Shown here piece by piece: positions 54,382-61,861 of a stretch of 61,861 nt of DNA; positions within the stretch are counted from its first letter, which is position 1; each line of letters opens with the position of its first letter. The stretch spans positions 1-61,861 of the IMG/VR virus record IMGVR_UViG_3300006919_000055; one strand, given 5' to 3'. The notes beneath the pieces are model-generated. The model was not told the DNA's origin, searched no databases, and was given only the letters and a program-made list of their open reading frames with translations. The DNA comes from a virus (lineage: Duplodnaviria > Caudoviricetes). The translations under genes and the position numbers were made by a program.

Positions 54382-56945
54382 TGAGTGCGCTTAGTAAAAT
54401 TAAAAAAATAAATTTACCCCTTCATGGAGTAAGATTACCTTCTTACAACGTTTCCAATGAAGACAAGAGATCGTTTAAGCTTAGTGAAAGCCTAAATAAC
54501 GAAGAGTTTATTGAAAAAGTATGCCTCAATGCGCTTCAAGCCAAAAATCTTACTTCACCTGAGTATAAAGAAAGATTTGATTATGAGTTTAAAACTTTAA
54601 AAGAACTAGGTTTTATAGATTATGTATTATTAGTCTGGGATGTAGTTAATTACTGTAATAGAGAATCTATTCCTACGGGTCTTGGTCGAGGAAGTGCTGC
54701 GGGAAGCTTAGTGCTATACTTAATGGACATCACTCGTATTGATCCTGTTAAAAACGAACTCTTTTTTGAGAGATTTGTTTCTAAAATTAGAGCCAAGAAA
54801 AAAGAAGTTTCCGGAGTAACCTATCTTGATGGAGCGTTAATGTGTGATGTGGATTTAGATATATGTTACTACAATAGACAAAAAGTCCTCCAATATTTAG
54901 CAGATAGATTTTCTGGAAAAACTAGTAAGATTTTAACTCTTAATACGTTAAGCACTAAGCTATTAATCAAAGAATGCGGTAAAATAGCCGCAGCTAAGTC
55001 CGAGACTGAAATGAATACTGTATCCTCCATGATACCCAAGGTATTCGGGCAAGTAAAAGACTTAGAAGAAAGCTATGAAGAAGTAGAAGACTTCAAAGAT
55101 TGGTGCGATGAAAATAAAGAAGTTTATGACATCGCGTTAAAACTTCGAGGCTTAGTTAAAAATAAAGGCGTTCATCCTTCTGCAGTAGCAATTTCTTATG
55201 ACCCTCTCGAAAAATCTTGTCCTGTAGAGCTTACTTCAGATAAGAAAAGTACAGTAGCTTCTTTTGACATGAATTGGGTTTCTATATCTAATGTTAAATT
55301 AGATATTTTAGGATTAAGGGCTGTCTCCGTAGTGGATGACGTATGTAAACAAGTTGGCCTTAAGGTGACTGAAATTGATCTATCTCACGAAAGCATATAT
55401 CAAAATCTTTACGACCTTAAATCGCCTCATGGGCTTTTTCAAATCGAAGCAGAAACCAACTTTAAAGTTTGCAGAAAAGTTAAGCCAAAAAACTTAGAGG
55501 AATTAAGTGCTGTGCTAGCGCTTGCACGACCCGGAGCATTGGCTTTTGTAGATCAATACGCTAACTATACTAATAATGATGTATACGAAGCTATACACCC
55601 CTTCTTCGATGACATATTATCTTCAACTGGGGGTGTTGCGTTATATCAAGAGCAATTAATGAAAATGGCTCATAAAATCGGTTTCACGTTGGATGAGGCG
55701 GAAATCTTAAGAAGAATTGTTGGCAAGAAAAAGGTTTCTGAAGTAAGAAAATGGAAAAAGAAAATCAAAGATAAAATTGTAGAAAATAGACTTGCTGAAG
55801 ATGTAGGCGATGTTTTATGGAAAATTTTAGAAGATTCAGCTAATTACTCGTTTAATAAATCCCACTCGATTTCCTATGCTGCGCTTGCGGCAATTACAGT
55901 ATATTTAAAGTTTAATTACCCCCAACAATTCTTTTTAAGTTTACTTAAGATGACAAGGCATGAGCCTGATCCAATAAATGAAATTTCTAAGATTCATAAA
56001 GAGATGGATATTTTTGGGATTCAATTGCTCCCTCCTCACCTTACTAAATCTAAAATGGACTTTAGCCTAGAAGGTAAAGACATTCGCTTTGGACTTCTTT
56101 CAATCAAAGGAATTTCAGACAAGTCTATAGAAAAACTAGCTTCGTTCAAACAAGATTATGAATCTAAATTCGATATATTCGAAGCGGCCAAGCAAGCCGG
56201 ACTAAACATAGGTTCTCTTTGCGCTTTAATTCAAGCGGGAGCGTTAGAAGGAGACTTTGAGCAAAGTAGAACTAAAATAGTTTATGAATCTCAACTATGG
56301 AACATTCTTACCCCCAAAGAAAAAGTTGCTTGCCAAAGATTAGGTAAAAAGTTCTCTTACAATTTAGTTGAAATTATTAAATATTTAAAAGATAACCTTG
56401 ATGAAAAAGGCAAACCTTTCATAAAAGATACTAGGGTAGAAACAATCAGAAAAAAATCTGCGCCTTACGCTAAAATATTTCATATTAATAAAGTTTCTGA
56501 ATCTTTTGCTAATTGGTATTACGAAAAATTTTTATTAGGTTATACGTACAACAAATCTCTTAAAGATATTTTTGAAAAAGATCATTCAAGTTTAATTTCG
56601 GTAAGAACGGCCTGTGAAGTCGCCCTCCAACATAAAGTTAAATTTATCGGCTCTTTAGATGAAGACCCTTATAGCGGGGTTTCTCGATCAGCTAAAAAGA
56701 GCAGATACATGAGAATGCAAGTAAGTGATGATTCTGGTTCTATTAAGGTAATGATTTTCAATGAAAAAATGGATGCTTTTAAAAGTAATTACCGAGTAAA
56801 AGCTAATGACATAGTGTTAGTATATGGAACTAAATTTGAAGATGTAATTTTTGCTGACGAAATAGTAGTTAAAAGCGAAAAAGTATTTACCAAACTTTCT
56901 CAAATAAAAGATTCAGATGACGCTGAACAAATTCTTGACATTTAA
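54381..56945 (+). CDS. dnaE: DNA polymerase III alpha catalytic subunit lacking the PHP domain
   Basis: GF.DY.L.VWD, GRGSAAGSLV, FERF, DVDLD, KLDILGL, YQEQ, YSFNKSH, C-terminal OB fold. Confidence 0.93.
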   Translation: MSALSKIKKINLPLHGVRLPSYNVSNEDKRSFKLSESLNNEEFIEKVCLNALQAKNLTSPEYKERFDYEFKTLKELGFIDYVLLVWDVVNYCNRESIPTGLGRGSAAGSLVLYLMDITRIDPVKNELFFERFVSKIRAKKKEVSGVTYLDGALMCDVDLDICYYNRQKVLQYLADRFSGKTSKILTLNTLSTKLLIKECGKIAAAKSETEMNTVSSMIPKVFGQVKDLEESYEEVEDFKDWCDENKEVYDIALKLRGLVKNKGVHPSAVAISYDPLEKSCPVELTSDKKSTVASFDMNWVSISNVKLDILGLRAVSVVDDVCKQVGLKVTEIDLSHESIYQNLYDLKSPHGLFQIEAETNFKVCRKVKPKNLEELSAVLALARPGALAFVDQYANYTNNDVYEAIHPFFDDILSSTGGVALYQEQLMKMAHKIGFTLDEAEILRRIVGKKKVSEVRKWKKKIKDKIVENRLAEDVGDVLWKILEDSANYSFNKSHSISYAALAAITVYLKFNYPQQFFLSLLKMTRHEPDPINEISKIHKEMDIFGIQLLPPHLTKSKMDFSLEGKDIRFGLLSIKGISDKSIEKLASFKQDYESKFDIFEAAKQAGLNIGSLCALIQAGALEGDFEQSRTKIVYESQLWNILTPKEKVACQRLGKKFSYNLVEIIKYLKDNLDEKGKPFIKDTRVETIRKKSAPYAKIFHINKVSESFANWYYEKFLLGYTYNKSLKDIFEKDHSSLISVRTACEVALQHKVKFIGSLDEDPYSGVSRSAKKSRYMRMQVSDDSGSIKVMIFNEKMDAFKSNYRVKANDIVLVYGTKFEDVIFADEIVVKSEKVFTKLSQIKDSDDAEQILDI

Positions 56946-56969
56946 ATATAAAGCCCATAATATATACCC
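56935..56969 (+). promoter_or_regulatory. sigma70-type promoter, leaderless geometry
   Basis: TTGACA-17-TAATAT-6-ATG(56970). Confidence 0.75.
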
Positions 56970-57542
56970 ATGCTAAGTTTCTTTAAGGCAAATCCTAAAA
57001 ACAGCGGAACAGCTTGTTCGTTCTGGCTTAACAGTAAAGACGGTTCATTTTGGTGCAGTTTGTTAAAGCAAGCTTCTTGGGACCACGCTAAAAAAAGAGG
57101 GTCTTTTGCCGCCAATCGCGACACTAATAAACACGCTAGAGTAAAATTTAACGTGACTGAAATATGTGGTTTTATAGAAGTTATTAAAAATAACATTCAA
57201 TTAAAAGACGCTGGCGTTAGTGGATACCATTCGAGTCAAAAACAAGTAGTTAAGTTTAGCTTTTCTCCTATGACCTCAAAAGACGGAAGAAGTGGATTTG
57301 TTTTATTCGTATCCAAAGAGGAGAAAGAGGACTCCACCAACCAAGTAGAATTTAAAATAGGCTTCAGCAAAGCAGAAGCGCGTTCATTACTAATTTATTT
57401 TGACGAAATGGTAAGAAAAAGTTTTAAATCTTTTGGAGAAAGCGATCAAGAAGATTCAACCGATTCTAATGCTTATTCTGCGCCTCAAAAACCTAATAAG
57501 CCCAAACAACAAGAAGAAGAATCTGAAAACTTTGACTTTTAA
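56970..57542 (+). CDS. putative ssDNA-binding protein (PC4/whirly-like)
   Basis: Two beta-rich repeats, acidic aromatic tail EEESENFDF, position after dnaE. Confidence 0.45.
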   Translation: MLSFFKANPKNSGTACSFWLNSKDGSFWCSLLKQASWDHAKKRGSFAANRDTNKHARVKFNVTEICGFIEVIKNNIQLKDAGVSGYHSSQKQVVKFSFSPMTSKDGRSGFVLFVSKEEKEDSTNQVEFKIGFSKAEARSLLIYFDEMVRKSFKSFGESDQEDSTDSNAYSAPQKPNKPKQQEEESENFDF

Positions 57543-59443
57543 TGTCTAGAAAAAAAGTTTTAATCCAAAGCGATTTTTCTTTACTTAAAACAGGTTTTGC
57601 AAAAAACGCTAAGATAATTCTTACTCACCTGTATAAAACAGGCAAGTATGATATCGTTCATTATTGCTGCGGTCTTTCCGAAAAGCATCCCGACCTACCG
57701 CGTACCCCGTGGAAATCTGTAGGATGTCTACCTGCTTCTAGCGAAAAAATAGCTCAAATAGAAAAAGACCCTACTATTAATAAAATAGCAGCTTACGGTG
57801 CTTATTATCTAGATGATGTTATTGAGGCTGAAAAGCCAGACGTTTATATTGCCATCCAAGACATATGGGGCGTAGATTTCGCAGTAAATAGGAAATGGTT
57901 CAATAAAATTACCTCGGCTATTTGGACTACGTTAGACTCTCTCCCGATACTACCAACAGCGATAGAAACTGCTAAAAAAGTTAAAAACTATTGGGTTTGG
58001 AGTAACTTTGCTACTAAAGAATTAAATAAAATGGGTTATGAAAACGTGCAGACTACGCACGGTGCATTAGAAAGCAAAGATTTTTTCCGCCTTTCTGACT
58101 CCCAGAGAAAAGCATTAAGAAAAAGCAACAACATAAACGAAGAAGATTTTATTATAGGTTTCGTATTCAGAAATCAGCTAAGAAAATCTGTACCTAATCT
58201 ACTTCAAGGCTTCAAAAAGTTCAAAGAAACCAACCCTGAAAGCAATGCGAAACTTTTACTGCATACGCACATGGAAGAAGGGTGGCCTATTCTATCTTTA
58301 GCAAAAGAGCAAAATATTGCCAAAGAGGATATACTAGTTACTCACGTCTGCTCTAACTGCAAAAAATTTGTTGTTAAGCCTTACGAGGGCCAAAACAAAA
58401 AATGCGATCTTTGTGGGTCGGAAAATTCTTTAAATTCAACCTCGGTCTCTATGGGCGTAGATGAGGCGCAGTTAAATGAAGTATACAACCTAATGGATGT
58501 ATATTGCCATCCTTTTACTTCCGGAGGGCAAGAAATACCAATTCAAGAAGCTAAATTAACAGAGCTAATTACTTTAGTAACGGATTATAGCTGCGGAGCC
58601 GAGATGTGCGAACCAGAAGCTTGTTCTCTACCACTTGAATGGTCTGAATACAGAGAATTTGGCAGTAATTTTATTAAAGCTTCAACTAACCCTGATTCAA
58701 TCGCTGACCAGCTTGCGAAAGTTTATTCAATGCCCGAAGCTGATAAATCTAAAATGGGTAAAGAAGCTAGGAAATGGGTTATAGACAATTTTTCTATTGA
58801 TGTAATCGGCAAGAAATTGGAAGATTTTATAGACTCGTCACCTAAAATTGAAGAAAAAGACTACCCCACTCTAGAAAAATGTGACCCCGATGCTATAGTA
58901 CCTAGCGTTACAAGCCCTAAAGTCGAAAGCGACAGTGCGTGGATAAAGCTTTTGTACAAATTAATCTTAAAAACAGAAGTTGACGACGATGACGAAGGAT
59001 TAAAGTATTGGCTTGCTGAAATAAAGAAGGAAGTTCCCCACTCTGCTATTGAAAAATATTTCCGGCAAGTTGCGTTGAAGGATAACGCAAAAAAAGAAGA
59101 TAATAAATTCAAAGATATCCTTGATAAAGACGATGAAGGTAAGAGGATTTTGTTTGTGATACCCAACGATCCTATAGATGTTTTCTCCTGTACGGCTTTG
59201 TTTAAAAGTATAACAGACAGTTATGAAAATTATAACTTATATGTAGCCACTCAACCTGAATTTAAAAGTATTTTAGAAGGAAACGAATACGTTCATAAAA
59301 TTATAACTTATGAAGAGTATCATAATAACTCTCAACAAATAGAAGAGAAAAAATATTTTAATGTAGTGTATACCCCGAAGTTAAATAACGTTAACTTCCA
59401 TCATTTTAATAAAGATGTCACTAACTACGATGTTTCAAAATGA
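57542..59443 (+). CDS. multidomain glycosyltransferase (GT4 with Zn-ribbon insert plus GT9-like N-lobe)
   Basis: TGFAK, RNQLRK, CSNC..CDLC, MDVYCHPFTSGGQEIPIQEA; C-terminal ILFV...DVF..TAL. Confidence 0.8.
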   Translation: MSRKKVLIQSDFSLLKTGFAKNAKIILTHLYKTGKYDIVHYCCGLSEKHPDLPRTPWKSVGCLPASSEKIAQIEKDPTINKIAAYGAYYLDDVIEAEKPDVYIAIQDIWGVDFAVNRKWFNKITSAIWTTLDSLPILPTAIETAKKVKNYWVWSNFATKELNKMGYENVQTTHGALESKDFFRLSDSQRKALRKSNNINEEDFIIGFVFRNQLRKSVPNLLQGFKKFKETNPESNAKLLLHTHMEEGWPILSLAKEQNIAKEDILVTHVCSNCKKFVVKPYEGQNKKCDLCGSENSLNSTSVSMGVDEAQLNEVYNLMDVYCHPFTSGGQEIPIQEAKLTELITLVTDYSCGAEMCEPEACSLPLEWSEYREFGSNFIKASTNPDSIADQLAKVYSMPEADKSKMGKEARKWVIDNFSIDVIGKKLEDFIDSSPKIEEKDYPTLEKCDPDAIVPSVTSPKVESDSAWIKLLYKLILKTEVDDDDEGLKYWLAEIKKEVPHSAIEKYFRQVALKDNAKKEDNKFKDILDKDDEGKRILFVIPNDPIDVFSCTALFKSITDSYENYNLYVATQPEFKSILEGNEYVHKIITYEEYHNNSQQIEEKKYFNVVYTPKLNNVNFHHFNKDVTNYDVSK

Positions 59444-60603
59444 ATTTTTTAGAAAATTACGCTTTATCATGCAACTTAAAGGTTGATAAACCTACTATAA
59501 GGGACTCCTATTACCCTATTCTTTATGATAATTATGTAGTTTTCGATACATCATCTGTTGACCCACTTTTTGTTTATGAGCATTGGCAAAAAGTTTTAAA
59601 TTTAATTTGCGAACCGCTTGGCGCAAAAAACATTTATTTAGTTCAAGTAGGGACGGCAGACAATCCTAGTTTAGAAAACATACACAGGACAAATGGTACT
59701 GCCAGCTTCAACCAAATGTCTTTTATTTTAAAAAAAGCGAAGCTCTTGGTGTCCGGAAACTCCTTTTCTTTGCATTTAGCCGCTTCATTGGGCGTAGATC
59801 ACATTTCTTTGACTCGAAACGACGAATCCACCCCATTTTCCCCTTACTGGCTAAACGGTAAGCGAGAATTTGTTGGTAAAAAAGACGAAGTTTTTAACCG
59901 CAGACATATAAACCAAATCCCTCCTGAACAAGTAGCAAAAGCAATATGTGAAATTTTGGATTGTGATTTTGATTTTCCATTTAAAACTGTTTTTATTGGC
60001 GACAAAAACAAGGATGGCATGGAATTTGTAGAAACCGTACCCAATCAGTCGGTAAACCTATCATCTATGGGCGTTTCCTCAATTATCTTCAGAATGGACC
60101 TTTTTTATGATGAAGAATACCTACAAAAACAATTTCAACAAGGTAAATGCACTGTAGTAACTAATAGAAGGATAAATTTTAAAATATTAGAAAATTATAA
60201 ATCTAACCTTGCGGAAGTAGTATATTTAATTGAAAAAGATAATGACGATGAAGAATTTTGTCGTTTTTGTGTTAGCTTGGGGGTTCCGGTTATATTAATA
60301 TCAACCCTCTCTGAGAAAGATACTAATCACAAAAAATTAATGTACATGGAAATAGGTAATATTTTACGTCAGCCCTCTCATTTCAAGACTAAAAAGAAAA
60401 TTTCAAAGATATCTGACCTTAGTAAATGCGTTTATCTTTCTAATAAATATACGTTAAGCAACGGTAAAATATTTACCAGTGAAGCCAGTTGGAAAAACAA
60501 TAAACAAGCTAAATCAAAGAAGTCCGTTCAACATATTTACGCAGATGACAACGACTTTTGGAAGAATTTAGACACTTATTGGATTCTTGAACAAACTTCT
60601 TGA
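59440..60603 (+). CDS. GT9 (heptosyltransferase)-like protein
   Basis: Y.HWQ.V, VQVG, SFNQ...ILKKAKL.V..NS...HLAASLG. Confidence 0.6.
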   Translation: MNFLENYALSCNLKVDKPTIRDSYYPILYDNYVVFDTSSVDPLFVYEHWQKVLNLICEPLGAKNIYLVQVGTADNPSLENIHRTNGTASFNQMSFILKKAKLLVSGNSFSLHLAASLGVDHISLTRNDESTPFSPYWLNGKREFVGKKDEVFNRRHINQIPPEQVAKAICEILDCDFDFPFKTVFIGDKNKDGMEFVETVPNQSVNLSSMGVSSIIFRMDLFYDEEYLQKQFQQGKCTVVTNRRINFKILENYKSNLAEVVYLIEKDNDDEEFCRFCVSLGVPVILISTLSEKDTNHKKLMYMEIGNILRQPSHFKTKKKISKISDLSKCVYLSNKYTLSNGKIFTSEASWKNNKQAKSKKSVQHIYADDNDFWKNLDTYWILEQTS

Positions 60604-60635
60604 CTTAAAAAAATAATTCAGATATAGTAAACGGC
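60600..60635 (+). promoter_or_regulatory. sigma70-type promoter, leaderless geometry
   Basis: TTGACT-17-TATAGT-7-ATG(60636). Confidence 0.75.
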
Positions 60636-61385
60636 ATGAGGAAAAAGAAAGCAGAATTACCCGAACTAGGCGTCACACGTAATTCCGGTGGTTTGATTAA
60701 CGACGGATCAGTCGATTACCATTTCACAGAAGACGGAATGATTGATTGGCGTAAAATGGTTAAGGATTGCTATCTTTACCCAAACCCCAGCAAAAATCTC
60801 ACTGAAACAGATATATCTAAGCTAGATGATCGTGACTTGTGCATTCTCTTAGGAGGCTTGAAAGAATTAGCTCAAATCAGAGGCTACACCAGCGTAGACT
60901 ACGAGGTGGTCGCCCCTTCTCCAGATTGTGTTATTGCTACGTGCAAAATTACTTGGACTCCTAATTATGAAACCGAAAATAAAGAGGTAACTTTTTCTGC
61001 AATCGGTGATTCATCGCTCAACAACACTTCTGGTATTGGAGGAGTTTACTATTTAGCGTCAACCGCAGAAAATAGAGCGTTCGCTCGATGCATTCGTAGC
61101 TTTTTGAGGATTAACGTTGTCTCTAGAGAAGAACTCGCGAAAGGCTTCTTGAAGGCTAAAACTGAAAGCTCCTCTTCAACAGTGAGTGCTGGCTCATCAT
61201 CTCCCGCCAGCCTACTAGAAGCTACAATGAAGAAGAAGGGGCTATCTTTCTCTCAACTAAAATCTAAGTTAGTTGATGAAGGCGTTTCTGGAGCAGAAGA
61301 AATGAGTTCTGTAAACGATATTCCAAACGATAAAATCTTCGAGTTGATCGATAGAATTAAAAAGGCTAAAGCAAAAGCTGCTTAA
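60636..61385 (+). CDS. Rad52/Sak-like single-strand annealing protein
   Basis: GLKELA, FSAIGD, TAENRAFARCIR..L. Confidence 0.55.
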   Translation: MRKKKAELPELGVTRNSGGLINDGSVDYHFTEDGMIDWRKMVKDCYLYPNPSKNLTETDISKLDDRDLCILLGGLKELAQIRGYTSVDYEVVAPSPDCVIATCKITWTPNYETENKEVTFSAIGDSSLNNTSGIGGVYYLASTAENRAFARCIRSFLRINVVSREELAKGFLKAKTESSSSTVSAGSSSPASLLEATMKKKGLSFSQLKSKLVDEGVSGAEEMSSVNDIPNDKIFELIDRIKKAKAKAA

Positions 61386-61421
61386 AATTCTTTTCGCTAA
61401 ACTTTAATTATAAGGTATAAA

Positions 61422-61861
61422 ATGTCTACTAAAACACGCAGAACCCGTGTCTCTAAAAATAAAAACTCCTTTGTTATTTCTCACCCTCATATTGAATATT
61501 TGAGAAGACTTATGTGCAAGGGGCTTTTGGAGAATTACTCGAATGGACGAGATTTTGTTAATAACATAAACGCGGATGCTCGAAAATTAGGAGCTAAAAA
61601 CAAGCAAATTGGAGACATTACTGAAGCTATAACTGAAGTAAAGTTTAGAGTCATAGATGGATTAACTGAAATATATCATAGCTCTGACACCCCTCAAGAA
61701 ATTAAGGAAAAGTACAAAATACAGCTATCCGGAGACGATAATGGAATTGATTATGTAATAGTCGATAATACTGGTGAGCTTTGCGCTGTTCAAATAAAAT
61801 TTTATATAGCTAAAAATCTTACGAAAAATCAAATTAAAGGATTTTTTGACGAAGCTCAATA
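61422..61861 (+). CDS. partial ORF with Mrr-cat-like restriction endonuclease domain
   Basis: Open to the window end; G...E, DNGID and AVQIKF (PD-QxK) motifs. Confidence 0.6.
   Translation, partial: MSTKTRRTRVSKNKNSFVISHPHIEYLRRLMCKGLLENYSNGRDFVNNINADARKLGAKNKQIGDITEAITEVKFRVIDGLTEIYHSSDTPQEIKEKYKIQLSGDDNGIDYVIVDNTGELCAVQIKFYIAKNLTKNQIKGFFDEAQ

Noticed and set aside
450-60044. Many 60-140 aa ORFs antisense to or out of frame within longer genes (e.g. 4090-4374, 8717-9049, 23570-23917, 31871-32287, 58861-59166)
   Set aside because: Shadow frames of well-supported genes; no motifs or start context
1-61861. Stop-codon recoding
   Set aside because: Core genes are full length in the standard code, and TAA, TAG and TGA all end genes
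1-61861. Eukaryotic giant-virus origin suggested by SET, PLOD, COLGALT and exostosin-like genes
   Set aside because: Sigma factors, bS21, DnaE/DnaB/DnaG, rIIA/B and sigma70 promoters indicate a bacteriophage

Overview
AT-rich, gene-dense segment of a large lytic dsDNA bacteriophage (standard code; no tRNA, rRNA, CRISPR array or integrase seen). Bases 1-28117 are mostly on the minus strand. They encode rIIA/rIIB, ribosomal protein bS21, an RpoD-like and an ECF sigma factor, a SET domain protein, an AdoMetDC-like protein, an APS kinase-like protein, signal peptidase I, dUTPase, dCMP deaminase and many small or membrane ORFs. From 28648 genes are almost all on the plus strand: a dNMP kinase, an RNR with a class Ic-type NrdB, a large glycosylation block, RecA, DnaB, DnaG, a DNA polymerase III alpha split over three genes and a Rad52-like protein. 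A PVC-superphylum (Verrucomicrobia-like) host is inferred, not shown. Highlights: (1) a single polypeptide fusing a COLGALT-like GT25 domain to a PLOD-like lysyl hydroxylase, next to many glycosyltransferases; (2) a ~400-nt highly structured non-coding element at the strand switch; (3) a manA-like RNA with a second structured RNA directly upstream; (4) two promoter classes (sigma70-type and AGTGTA-N9-start) that both predict leaderless mRNAs in a bS21-encoding phage; (5) an rIIA 3' hairpin whose loop is antisense to a repeated motif at its own start codon. All family calls come from motif recognition by eye; no searches or folding programs were run.
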